Positions 22,340 through 35,500 of a DNA stretch of 64,000 bases are shown here, in pieces (within the stretch, counting starts at the first letter, position 1; the number at the start of each line of letters is the position of its first letter). Both the position numbers and the translations under genes were made by a program. Source of the DNA: Takakia lepidozioides (taxonomy: Eukaryota; Plantae; Bryophyta); NCBI GenBank assembly GCA_030704615.1, contig CM060733.1:2480001-2544000 (forward strand), read 5' to 3'. Under the pieces are notes generated by a model. It had not been told where the DNA came from and ran no database searches. It worked only from the letters and a program-made list of their open reading frames with translations.

Positions 22340-25300
22340 GCGTCGCAAAGTGCCTTCTTGCCTGGGGGTCTAGGATTGGGGATTGCTGCTACGTAATAAT
22401 TATTTTTTGGTTGTGTTTTGTTCTGTGAATTCGACCCTTGCACCACTACATCCATGCAAAATATTGGACCAAAAACAAATAAAAAATAAAAAAATGTTTT
22501 CTTCGTTCACTATTGCAGAACTCTCTATGAGTAGTGCATGAAGTTGAAGACCACTCAACTTTGGTGAACCGGTGGACTGTTGGCCCGTGGACCATTGGCC
22601 TCAACTTTGGCCAACGATGGACTTCACGTGAACTTTGGTGGCCTTATTTCAAAATCAACATCAAATCAAACTTCAAATCAACAAATCATCAAATCAAATC
22701 ATGAATACAATACAATTGCACGTCGTTGCCTTTGTGGGAGTTGTTTGACATAATCACCTAAGTCGTAGCTAGCAGACATCCACTGTCAGGAGACAACGTT
22801 GACATCTAGATACATCACTGGAATGGTTGGAGATGGAATGCATGGAGAATGCTTGCATTGTTTTTTTGCACTGTCTCCATAGAATGCCAACGATCGTTGA
22901 AACTAATAATTGCATAATAATTGATGAAGATACACAACAAGTAGAAGCAGAGACTGATATTATCACCCAAATGAAGGAACTGAAGCAGATCATTCTTGTT
23001 GGAGATCACTCGGTGTATAAAGCTCCGGCCTTGTTCAAAATCAACATTAAATCAAACTTCAAATCAACAAATCATCAAATCAAATCATGAATACAATACA
23101 ATTGCACATCGTTGCACTCCAGTTGCACGTCATTTCTTTGTGGGAGTTGTTTGACATAATCACCTAAGTCGTAGCTAGCAGACATCCACTGTCAGGAGAC
23201 AACGTTGACATCTAGATACATCAGATAACTTGTAGAGAACCTCGGATTATGTGCATGCTAAACTTCTTTGGTGGCATCCTCGATTCCTTGACGAATTCGA
23301 AAGATTTTGTCATAGAACGACGCAATTGCAATCGGCCCCAAATACTCTTCGTCACAGAAAAACGCTCGCACATGCTCAGGTAGGATGGTGGAGAGAAGCA
23401 CAACCTCGGATGATTTCGCTTTGTATATAGGATGAGATCCCATTAACATTTTCACTTCCATGTGATTTACATAACGTAGAGTCTTGGTGCCAATTTGCAT
23501 CACTTGCTCTAGTTGCACGTCGTTGCCTTTGTGGGAGATACTAAACTTCTTTGGTGGCATCCTCGATTCCTTGACGAATTCGAAAGGACAACAATATCAT
23601 CGAAAAAATCCAAGGCTTGAGAAAGCAGCTCGGAATCTAAAGGAGGAGAGAGACATACAAGTGGGTTCTCCCTCCCCTTGAACGCCATCACCAAAAACTC
23701 GCGCACATGCTCAAGTAGGATGGTAGAGATAAACACAACATTGGATTGTGTAAAGCTTTGCCCTTATTTCAATATCGTTGTTATTAGTTTTCAAGTTCGT
23801 TGTCTCCACTGTCCGGAGACAACGTTGACATGTAGATTTATTAAATAACTTATAGAGAGCGTCGTATTAGGCATATACTAAACTTCTTTGGTGACATCCT
23901 CGATTCCTTGACGAATTTGAATGGTTTTGTCACATAACGACGCAATTGCAATCCATGCAATACTCTTCGTCAGAGAAAAACGCGCGCACATGCTCAGGTA
24001 GGATGGTAGAGAGAAGCACAACATCTAATGATTTTTCTTGTATAAAGCTTTGGCCTTAATTCAAAATGAACATCAAATCACGAAATCATCAATCATCTAT
24101 CATCAAACCATCAAATACAATAATGAAATAAAGTCAACAAATTATTTCTGGAGGAACAAGATATTATTGCAAGACCATCGATCAAAGGTGCGATACTCTT
24201 CGTCACAAATCAACTCAAGCACATGCTTCGGGTATGACAGTAGAGAGAAGCACAACATCGGATGATTTTGCAAACATCAAACATAAAACATAAAACATCA
24301 AATGAACAGATCGTCAATCAAATAACGATGAACGATTAACGATCTGAAGGAATACTTCCATGATTTTGGAATAACGATTAACGATGACGATTCATGATTA
24401 GCCATTAGCCATTAGCCATTAGCCATTGAAACGATTAGCGATTAGATCGTGGTTATTAGCCTAGATCGTGGTTGGATGGAAAATATGAAGTCCAAATTCC
24501 AACATGTGTGTGGACACAAAGCCTCTGCCGAAATCGGCCAATACTTTGTGCAAATGTATTACGCTGAGGTTGTACTCAAAAGACAATGGATTGGAGCGAA
24601 AGAAGAACATTTTGTGAAATAACCGGTGGTTGCTGCGAAAGAAGAGCATTTTGTGAACGAGTTTGTCGCAGCGGAAGAACAGGTCATCCCTGGACAAATA
24701 AATCACTACGGATAGACACGAGCAAGCCAAGGGCCGTAAATTATGCACATTTCAATATGTAGAGGTTGCTTGGTTACATTGCACTAATTTAAACCAGGAT
24801 CGTCAAAATGAGAGAACAATGTTGGTTGAACAATGCTCACAACTGCGAGCAATTCCAAACTATCATTAGAGTATCACATGTTAGAGATGCAAGAAAGACA
24901 AGAGAAGCGGCCTCACTCCAAGTTTTCAACACTCCGGATCAATGGATTCCTTAAGTGAAATTTGGCTTTATCCAAAGAAACTCCTCTGAAATGCAATCAT
25001 GAGAGCTTTACATTTTAGCAACATCCATCTGATGCTGGTCTTCAACTTCTCATTTTTGTTCCTATGCGAAGACCGAGAACATAACTGAGTGGATGCCTAA
25101 TCCCTATGTGTCCTTCCTGGATGTTTTTTTGGGGTTTGAAAATTCTTGACCACCTCAGGCCTGATCGAAGTACAATCAATGGATGACATTAACGACCGAA
25201 GCGATTAGTGATGTTCATGTAGACCAATTGTAAATTGGTCTCTCTTGCATCATATTTAATTCACATTCTTTCCCTCCACAAAACCACATAGATACACTAT

Positions 25301-28030
25301 GCTGGTCATAAATATAAGCTAAAAATATTTACGTACATGTTTGTAATGAGAGCATTTAAGTAATTGTCGGCTCCCTTTACTTGCACATGATGGGTGTAAT
25401 TTGCTGGATATCCCATTCACATTTCCACCTCCATGTGATTTACATAGTGTAGAGTCTTGGTGTCATTTTGCATCACTTGCTCCAGTTGCACGGCATTGCC
25501 TTTGTGGGAGTTGTTTGACATAATCGCCTAAGTCGTAGCAGACATCCATTGTGAGGAGACAACGTTGACATCTAAATACATCAGATAACTTCTACAAAAC
25601 CTCGATGAGACTTATCTCGAATGACATGATCCCCACCCAGAAAGTGGTGTGTGCTTTGAACTGACAACCATTTCGAAGTTTGAAAAGATCTAGTAGACCT
25701 GTGAAATCACATGATTCTTTTTTTTCCCATTCTCAAGCCATATGCTTAATGACTGCGTGTGCAATGTGCGTGCAAAATTTGGCAGTGAACAAAAGTCATC
25801 TGGACCCAAAACCATATTTTCCTCCATCATTTGCTCTCCAAGGTTGAGTTTTCTTAAACTTCATGCAGGACCTACGACGTCGGGGTAAATATTTCTTCTT
25901 GATGCTCGTCATTTGCAACTTTGCATATGTGATCTGAACATACTTAAGCACATGTGGATCAAATATGAGCTTGAACCAAGTTCAATCAATGGGTCATTCG
26001 AGATTTCAACGAAACTATGTGTCATGGAGACTAAATATTGAAAAGCTTTGGACTCGATCACACACATCCCTGGAAATTAGCAATCTGGATCTAAAGATCG
26101 AGTGATTGTAGGACCTTCCTTGTGCATACCTGAGACCTATTTGAATTCCGAGGGTTTCTAGAAACTGCCATGACAACAATCTGATTTCCTTTAAAGCCTT
26201 GAATTGGTGGCTCTTAAATGCATGTCTTTCCTTGCAACTTCCATAAGTCACAGGTGTTCTCTGCATATCCTTCAGTATGAAAAGTCATGAAGGATACTCT
26301 TTCAGTACGCTGGTTCTAATGCTCCAAACTATCATGTCCTTATCGTAGCCAATGAATACATTTACTTAGTGGCTATAGCTCTGCCTTAGTATCTGGTTTG
26401 ATAGTATTAGTCTATCAAGTACTTGACTCTTAGGTGGAACTAAACTCTTTGGCGATTGAAACTAAAATTAAGGTTTTTACTTCCCACCCACCTGGACTAA
26501 AGGTAAGCTGAGATAAAAACTAGACTCTAGTACAATGAAATTTTTTCTAAATAGACGATGTCATTAAATTTCTTCGAAGGGATCAGTCAAATTTTGTCTC
26601 TACATGACAGTAATAGTTCTCTCTCTTTGTTCCGCCCAAACTAGGCGCGGGTTAAGGCTACGACAAACAACGTCTTATGAGTACATTCGCTCTCTCCCCC
26701 CTCCTTTTTAAAAAAAAAATCTTTTTGCTGCATTCATTCATACTCATCTCTCTCTACACATTTTTTTTTTTTAATTCCACTTTCAAGCCATATGTTTAAT
26801 GACAACATATGCAATGTATGGGCAAAAATTGGGGGTAAACAAAAGTCATCTGGACCCAAAACCATATTTTCTTCCCTCATTTGTATTCCAAAGTGAAGTT
26901 CTCTACAACTTCATACACTCTTCATAGTGAGCAAAGATTTTTTATTTTTATTTTTATTTTTATTTATTATTTATTATTTATTTTTGGTCCAATATTTTGC
27001 ACAGATGTAGTGGTGCAAGGGTTGAATTCACAAAAACAAAACTGAGTAAAAACAAAAATCATTACGTACCAGAAATCCCCAATCCTAGACCCCCAGGCTT
27101 GAGGGTATTGCGACGTCCCAGCGACGTGCAGGAGTCGCAACGTCACCATTTCCCCTTGGACGCCCAGCTCAACGGGGTATTGCGATGTCATGTCGTCGCA
27201 GGATGGCCTAGCGACGCTCTAGCAGGGCAGCGACGTTGGGGAGTCGCAAGGATGCCATTTCCCCCTTGGCCGCCACGTGGCAAGGGCACGCCACCTCACG
27301 GGGGTTGCGATTGCTAGAAGTCGTCCATCAGCGGTAATGCGACGTCAAGGAGTCGCAGAAAGGCCATGTTTAGTGTCTCTTTGCAAAGAACATGGCAGAG
27401 GCCAGGGTCAATTGATCCCCTTCTTCCAATCTTTTATAGTGCTCATTCTCTCTTGTTGTATAACAGGGCCAGAGTTCTTTCTATCACCATTGGTGCCGAT
27501 CCTAGCAAACTTGACGGCCGCAGCCACATCCTCCTCCTCATCCTCTCAGGTGGGATGATGATTTTTTGCATATGCACATGATTTTGTTTTATTCCGTTCC
27601 CAAGCCATATGCTTAATGACAACGTTTGCAATGCGTGTGCAAATTTTGGGAGTGAACAAAAATCATTTGGACTGAAAACCATATTTTTTTCCCTCATTTG
27701 CATTCCCAAGTTGAGTTCTTTTCAACTTCATGCACTCTTCATAGAAAGTTCTGCAATAGTGAGTGAAGGAAACTCTTTGTTTTTTTGTTTTTTTTTGTTT
27801 GGTCCAATTTCTTCCATGGATGTAGTGGTCTGGGGTTTGCATTCACAGAACAAAATAGAGCTAAAACAAAAATCATTGCGTAGGAAAAATCTGCAATCAT
27901 AGATATTGTAAATGTAGGGGGTTGCAACCTCCAGGGGTCGCCTTGCGACGGTATTGCGATGCCCCAACAGGTCTGCGATGGCGGGGAATCGCAATATTGC
28001 CTTTTCTGTGTCTTTGCAAAGGTCATGGCA
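22340..28030. repeat. Inverted and direct internal duplications in the CACTA region
   Basis: 22340-22550 is the reverse complement of about 26900-27110. About 27570-28030 repeats about 26760-27400. The block ttgcctttgtgggagttgtttgacataatcacctaagtcgtagc...acgttgacatc recurs at about 22725, 23130 and 25495. Confidence 0.8.
22911..23009 (+). pseudogene. Upf1/SEN1-like SF1 helicase fragment (motifs II-III)
   Basis: CIIIDEDTQQVEAETDIITQMKELKQIILVGDH resembles the IIDEAxQ..ExE....LVGDHxQL consensus. Confidence 0.6.
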
Positions 28031-28084
28031 GAGGCCAAGCTAAATGGATCCATTGTTGCAAATCTTTTTAGTCCTCCTTCTGTG

Positions 28085-30880
28085 CTACAATATAATAGGT
28101 CTATCTTGCATGTGGGAGACCGTGATCAGCCCGGGCGACCTTATTGTTAAAGACAAAGGGCAAGAAGAGGGGGTGGGGACACTAGGAAAGGAAAAGGGAA
28201 GGGCCATGCGATTAGAGGGTTGAGGGTAGATTGCTTTGGCAATGGCTTTGGCAACATTGTTGTGTTTCACACCAATTTCAAAGATTCTTTCTGTTGCATC
28301 AAGATCGTGGTAACCAAATCGATTGAAGGGTTTCCAGGGGTAAGTCTTGGTCACCACTTGTAGAACAAGAACCATGTCTTCCAACATTCTTGCCCTCGTA
28401 CAAAAACTCAACAATCCTAGAGTCACTTTTCGAGTCACAACTTCACTAAAATCATTCATAGATCGCCACACCTACAAAGGATTTTTTTCATGGATTTTTC
28501 ATTAATCAATCATAAAAATAAACTACATGCATGTACATGTACAATCAATCGAAGGGATGGGTATAGTTATGTGCGAGAATTATTATGTAGCTTGCAATAG
28601 ATTGTGGTAGTCACGAGACTTCAAACCATGGACCCCGTCTTCGTTGAACTTCATACGGAGGGATGACCCATAACCAGTTGGTGTTCGGACAGCTCTTATG
28701 GTGGCTATCACTTTCTTGTATTCCTCCTTTGTTCATTGCCAAGGTGCACGCATATACTTCCACCGTACAACACTCTTTGGGTCCACACCATTTTCTTCGG
28801 CCAATAGATGGGGCATGCGACCCTGCTCCTCAAGTTCCTTTCTAACACCGAGAGAATCTCATTTCGCAGCCACTCCCTTCTTTGTCGGCGTGCCATGAAG
28901 AACACGAAAAAAGGACGAGCAAACATTCTTCTCAATATGCATAGGATCTAGAAGATGACGAATCTTCAGGTCCTACACATATCCCCACCCACAAATTCTT
29001 ACACTTGTCTATTTTGTCGTGAAAGTGACAATGGAAATCATACAAAACATGCAATATCACATGCATGCATAGCAATATTGATGGTGTTTTTGTGGAATAT
29101 GTACCGCCCAATATGGCAACTCGTAGAAGATTGAAAGCCGCTTCATGCCGGACACCTCCACTTCACCGGACCCCTCCGGATGGGCCTCCTTCCATCGGTC
29201 TTCCCAAAAGTGCCTGGATGGTGTCACATGTGGGGGACGTAACTCCACTTTGCCATCAAACAAATGTTTGTCTCTTCTTCTCCAATGATGGCTCATAGGA
29301 AGAAACTTGCGATAGTTGGGATACACCATCTTGTGAAGATTGCTGGAGCTTTGTGCATCAAGTTCATCGCCACAATGCAGGCATGCGTGGTACCCTTTAG
29401 TGCTCAACCCCGAGCAAACAGTAAGTCCTGTAGACATTCCGCCACATTAGGAAAGACAAAAAGTTTCCATGTGCATCTATCCCACTACGGTGCAGAAGAC
29501 TGTCACCGCTACTTCAATCAATCCCAATCCTCATCAATATCCCTTGACAGGTAAATGTACGCGGGTTTCTCATGGGGAACATAATATACCTGGATAATCA
29601 TGCATTGTCCAAAGAAGATGCCTCTCATCTGAAAAGATTGTCCGGCCATAGGGTCAAGTGAAGCATCCAATGCCGCCACCCCCCTCCATAGCTCATTCAG
29701 TTCATCAACTAGAGGACGCAAGTACGTGTCTATGTCTTTCACTTGTTTTTTCCCTATGAGACATTCACATCATTAATTGTTTCAATGCTCCACCATGCTA
29801 ATTATACTTCATAATGAATGACACATCTTACTACATGATTACGTCACTCATCAATCTTCCATCGGAATTGCGCCAAAGAGAAGAAGATTAATGTAAAATC
29901 CAAAGTAATAATAAGCATGAAATGGGAACACTCACCCGGTACAATGGCAGCCAATATATATGATATGGCCTTTTCTTTATTGAAAGATACGGAGGGATGT
30001 TGTAATTCACCATGGTCACCGGCCAAGTGGAATGACTACATGACTGGACAGAGAATGGGTTGACCCCATCCGAGAAGAAGCCGAGGCGGACATGTTGTGG
30101 GTCCTCCAAGAGAAAAGGCCACATCTCTTCAGTATGCCTCCATGCTGTGAATCTTGTGGCCCGCACACCTTTCCCGGCCGGGGGCTCCAATGCGAGGCGT
30201 GCCATCTCATCAGTTCTGCCAATGAGGGGCTTCGGTAATGTGCCTGCAGTCGCGGGATGATTGGAAAGTAGTGCATTTTCTAGCACCATCCCCATGTCGG
30301 CCCCATATCATAATCAATGTCATTCATATCTCTAAGTAAAATCTTACGTCTTGTAGCGGTTGCAAAAAGGTAGAATGCAATAGGGTTTTATCACATGGAC
30401 ATGCATGAAAAATCTTATAGCCCATCCCCACAGCATCCAAGGTTGTTCTTGCCTCTTTTCTTGATCGTGGCATTCTCGGCTTCAAATGTGGGGCAAGGAT
30501 GTAGTCTGCAATAGTCCGCATTATGGCGGACATACCCACATTGCTTATGTCAAACCGGATTTGCAAATTCAGCAACAAAAAGATGGTTGAAAGTCTACTC
30601 ACTTTGGCCCCTTTGTATAAGGGAGTTTTGGCTTCTTTTTCCATGTCATTCAAAGAGTCCGTGTCCTCATCTACCATCTGATGCATTAAGAGGTCCTCCA
30701 TTGCTGCCACATCCTCATGCATAATTCCATTGTCATTGTTGTCCTCATCATCGGAGACCGCCATTTCAGACGGGGTCGGGTCCTTTGATACGCACCCCCC
30801 CTCTGAAGGAACAAAATCCGGGTTCATGACAAGATCATGAACTTCATGAATTAACGTCGTGGGGTTGTGGCCTTCATCCT
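28085..30880 (-). pseudogene. CACTA TnpD (Tnp2 / Transposase_21) transposase, multi-exon, disrupted
   Basis: KTPLYKGAKVSRLS; HYFPIIPRLQAHYRS; HVRLGFFSDGVNPF...STWPVTMVNYNIPP; KDIDTYLRPLVDELNELW; GLSTKGYHACLHC; GMKRLSIFYELPYW; LDPMHIEKN. Confidence 0.9.
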
Positions 30881-31192
30881 AAGATGCCAAAAACAACCAT
30901 GTCATTATCAGTTTCCATACATGGCGTTGTTCATTATCATACATGATAAAACCCAAAGTACACATTATACACACGAGGGGAATACATACATTGCTTCACC
31001 ACATGAAGGAGACACTATATAATTCAAAATACCCAAATTCACATATAACATCCACCCAAACTCCCTTGAATATAGCATAAAAAACTGCATCCAAATACAC
31101 ATCAATGCCTATGTATATATATACACGGTGGAGGAAGCCACCTCAATGTACAAAATATCTTCCTACGTCCATCTACACATGATGAAAGTCGG

Positions 31193-32965
31193 CTAACGCC
31201 TGAAGTCATACTCTGCAAACAACTCCTCTCCAACCCTAATAGTCCTCCTTGCACATGTCATCACAAAAGTGGTGATGTTAGGGTCCAATCTACTATCCCT
31301 GTCATGGTGCTCATCCCAAAACACGTTGGCAGTGTGGCCCGGCGGTAAGGTAACTGAACTGTTGATGAGCCCAGCCACGTTGCCGTACACATCGGGGTTT
31401 CTGTCACAATAAATATGGGCTTTGTGGCCCAAATATCTCGCCCCTACATCATTGTCGTTTACAACAAGGATGTAAGGATGGATCAAGGACCCAAGACCGT
31501 GTGTCTGCAATAATTGCCACTCCCGGTGGGTGTACCTCGGCCCAAAATAGGGGAACAAATCCACAGAATCCTCTCCTCCCCCCAAAACTACATCCTCCAT
31601 AAAAAAAAGTCCGCGACCCATACTAGGGTCCATTGTCTCTATCACGCAATACATGCGACCCCAAAAAAGAAAGGGCTCACCCTCGGGAATCGGAACTGAA
31701 CAAGGCACAAGACATTGGTAGAAATAGGGTTGGACTCCCATCGTGAATAGCTCCCTAGCACCACGATGACGTATGGTGCCATCATCAGGCCGGCGAAGGC
31801 GCGGACCAACCGTGCGAAACAACTTCGGTCCACCTCTCCTAGGGGGCGGCGCCCGTCCATCACTTCGGGGGCCTTTCACCCGGAGTGGGAACCTAGTGAT
31901 CCATCGGTCCCAGTCATACATAGTCCCCAAAGGTGGTGGGATCCATCCGGGTTCTGCCGAAGGACCCGGATACGGACTTGGTGGCGGCTGCAGTCTCGGC
32001 AATGGAGGAGAAGGGACACGTAGGTTGGTATGAGGGATCTCGCGTGGAGGTAGTACTGGCCGAGATGGTCGGGATGACGATGGTGATGAGGAAAGAACAT
32101 GTACAATAGGAGGAACGGACAATGCGGATGATGGTGATGATGGGGTGCCGATGTTGAGGATGTCGAACTCGGACTCGGTGGCGGCTGTGGTCTCGGCAAT
32201 GGAGGGGAAGGGACACGTAGCCGGTCGGTCTGAGGGACCTCGGATGGCAATGGTGATGAGGAAAGACCATCTACAATAGGAGGAACAGACGATGCAGATG
32301 ATGGTGATGATGGGGGTGCCGATGTCGAGGGTGACGAATGTGTGTGCGTAGGTGGCAAGCGCCTAGCCCGGTGCCCAAAAATAGAAAAACACGCATCGTA
32401 CCCCGCTACCTCACAAACTGCATCTACGTCATATTGCGAGAAAAAAATGTTCACATCTGGAACGGGGTGGGGCTCGTAAGAAGGAAGAAACCCGCATCGG
32501 TATGCCTCTTCAGCAAAAAAAATTGCGAGCTTGGATATCAAGACGGGGCTGCAAGATGCATGATATGAAATGCATCAATACTCAATTCACAAACGCGAGG
32601 TTTCATTAGATATAGTACTTTTAATTGAGGAGTACGTGAGAAGATATATGGACGACTTACCTGTGCTGCATCAGCAATCTCGTACTTGGCGTAATGTTTT
32701 GCACAACCGGTAGTCGTGCCCAACACCAACTGCACCAACACTCAATCTTGGGGAGGCGGTCCCGGCGGGGTCTCCCCGGGGCTCGTGCCTCTGGACTTGG
32801 CGGCCTACGACCTCTGGGTGGTGGCCGTGGGGGCAAAGCTGTGCGGACATGGTGATGCCGCCTAACTCGTAGACGAGGCGAACGTGCTGTCTCGCCCTCA
32901 GCAGGTGGTTGTGGCACAACCGGCAACGAATCCTCAAGCGTGACACGTCGATAAACACGCGGCAT
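31193..32965 (-). CDS. SET-domain protein with a Pro/Ser-rich N-terminus; SET portion in intact frame 31193-32122; upstream exon to about 32965, intron at about 32549-32660, apparent frameshifts
   Basis: MGRGLFFMEDV (GxGLF), FPYFGPRY (YxG), DVYGNVAGLINSS (GNxARFINHS-like), ANV, and ARRTIRVGEELFAEYDF (RDIxxGEELxxDY). Minus-strand splice sites are cag|GTAAGT and ttgcag|. Confidence 0.75.
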
Positions 32966-34127
32966 GACCTAGCACGAGAGAGAGATAGAGTACCGTATTG
33001 TGACCCACTGTAACCTCCGGAGGAGTTACACTCCCAACCCTTGGAAAAACTTGAAAAAAAAAACCCTACAAACGTAAAGCCATATGTCCCCACCCCACAA
33101 AAAAAAAAAAACCCTAAAAAAAAAACTATATTGCAGCTAATCCTAAACTAACTATATTATAACTAACCCTAAACTAAACTATGAAACTAAACCCTAAACT
33201 AAACTATGTAACCCTTAAAACCCTAAGAGCCAAAGACCCAAAAACCCAAATGATCCTTGTAAACCCCATAACCCAAAAAACCAAAAAAATAAAATAAAAA
33301 ATGAGATGCATCTTCAACTCATCTCTGCGCCAGATCTGCGACTGCCGTGCAACGTCCCCCTAAGGCAGCGACGCTCGTGCGATTCCCCAACATCGCAGCG
33401 GATCCTCCTCCTGCCAAGGTGACCGCCCTTCTCTCCCCTTCGCGAAGGCGCCTGATCGCCGCCGAGGGTTTCCGGTGGGGTCGCCACACTGGCGCGTCGC
33501 GGCTGCACCGACTACCTCTCACTCCCCCTCTCAATCTCTCTATCTGATCTCTCTCTCCTTCACCCTCCTCCTCTCACTCTTCCTCCCTCCCCTCCCTCCA
33601 TCCCTACTTTGTTTTTTTTTGCTCTCGAGCTCTCCCGGGCGCAACTACCCCCGCACGCCGGAGCGTTTTCCGGTGGTGGTGACGCAACACTGACGCGCTA
33701 CAACGTTCAAACCCGCGCGCGCCCTCTCTCTCACTCTCCCTCTCGCCCTAATCCATCTCCCTCACTCTCTCTCTCCATCTTCTATCTCGTTTTGTTTTTT
33801 TTTGCTATTTGAGCGAGCTGGGAGCGCGCCCCGTGACCTGCTGGTGGAGCGCCAGCCGAACGCCAGCGCCGCGGGAGGGACCGCCAGCGTGAAGGAGCTG
33901 TCGCGTGAGGGATCTGCCCTCCCTCTCCTTCTCTCTCTCTCATTCTCCCTCTTAGCTCTCACTCTCCCTCTCGCCCTTATCTCTCTCCCTCATTCTCTCC
34001 CTTGCTCTCTCTCTCCTTTTCTTTATTTATTATTTATTTATTTATTTATGTTTGAGCGAGGGAGTGTGCCCACGCGACCTGGTGGCGGAGCGCCAGCGGA
34101 ACGCCAACGTGAAGGAGCTACTGCGTG

Positions 34128-34290
34128 AGGCACCCAACTGCAGGTAAGCTGCCATGCATTTCTGATCTTCATAATGAGAGATTTCAGTGAGAGTTTGGGT
34201 TCCATGGAGTAGACAGTGGAATCCCCACGGATCTCATAGTATATAGGACAATAGAAGAAGTGTTCCTCAGTTTCAATTTCATGGAGAGAG
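34128..34290 (-). mobile_element. LINE 3'-terminal fragment
   Basis: HEIETEEHFFYCPIYYEIRG is a LINE ORF2 C-terminal Zn-finger region and is homologous to 62565-62745. Confidence 0.65.
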
Positions 34291-34607
34291 AGGGAGAGAT
34301 TCCCCTTTTTGGGGGGGGACCTGCACAAATGAGAAGGAGAGAGAGGGAAGATACTTTTGTCATGTCAAGACAAGGACGGGACCCCTAGGGTCGTTGTCAG
34401 GAAAAATAAGAATAATCAGACATATCAGCCACCTTTCAGTGGCACTATCCATCAATCATCAAGCTGGAAAATCCAGAATTACCTCAATGCACAATAATGT
34501 GTTCATGTCAGTAAAGAGTAAGTAAAAATACTGATTGAACACCAGTCATAATCAGGATATACATTCAGAGGTCTGGGTGGGATGGTGGCCACTTGGCCAC
34601 TTGGCCA

Positions 34608-35500
34608 TATTGATGTGTGTGTCCCACACAAACCACCATAATCTTTGCCTTCATTGCCAGGTTTATTATCAAGATGAAAGCCAAGTAAACCACGGCCAAA
34701 AAACTGATGTGTGTGTCCCACAAACCATCATAATCTTTGCTATCATTGTAAGGTTAAACAGGGCCTAAAAACTGATGTGTGTGTCCCACACAAGCCATCA
34801 TATTCAGCACCTGTATGTTTAACCTAACAGGTTGGAAGACCCACAAACTAATGTGTGTGTCCCACACGAACCATCATAATCTTTGCCATTATTGCAAGGT
34901 TTATTAACAAGCTGAAAGCCAAATAGACCAGGGCCTAAAAACTGATGTGTGTGTCCCACACAAGCCACCATAATCTTTGCCATCATTGCCATGTTTATTA
35001 ACAAGCTGAAAGCCAGTTAGACCATGGCCTAAGAATTAATGTGTGTCCCACACAAGTGATCATCTTCTCAGCCATCATTGAAAGGTTTAAACAAGGCCTA
35101 AGAACTGATGTGTGTGTCCCACACAAGCCATCATAGTCAGCAATTGTATGTTAAACCTCACAGGCTGGAGACAAAGCAAAAAAAGGCTACAAGCTGATGT
35201 GTGTGTCCCACACGAACCACCATGGTCTTTGCCATCATTGCCAGGTTTATTAACAAGCTGAAGCCAAGTAAGCCAGGGCCTAAAAACTGATGTGTGTGTC
35301 CCTCACAAGTCACCATATTCTCAGCCATCATTGCAGGGTTAAACACTGTCCGGGAAGGTACCCAAAGGGTTGCAGCAAACTATAACTTGCAACACCTATA
35401 TGTTTACCCTAACAGACCGGAGGCAAAGCAAATCAGGGCCTAAAAACTGATGTATGTATCCCACACAAACCACCATAACTTAGCCACCATTGCAGGGTTT
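34608..35500. repeat. Degenerate tandem repeat, about 10 units of 65-160 bp
   Basis: The core aaaactgatgtgtgtgtcccacacaa...ccataatctttgccatcattgc recurs at about 34611, 34703, 34770, 34849, 34940, 35038, 35104, 35194, 35286 and 35445. Confidence 0.85.

Larger units (their letters stand above)
21933..34127 (-). mobile_element. CACTA/En-Spm-type transposon (TnpD + SET-domain cargo), internally rearranged; right end not found
   Basis: CACTACTACA at 21933 is followed by dense gcgacg/cgtcgc subterminal motifs. TnpD fragments lie at 28085-30880. A GC-rich/CT-rich repeated region and aaaccctaa motifs lie at 33100-34127. Confidence 0.6.

Noticed and set aside
33100-33230. Interstitial telomere
   Set aside because: It contains only scattered aaccctaa motifs, not tandem (CCCTAAA)n, which is typical of TE promoter or subterminal regions.
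34608-35500. Possible CRISPR array
   Set aside because: The units are degenerate and the spacers are related to each other.
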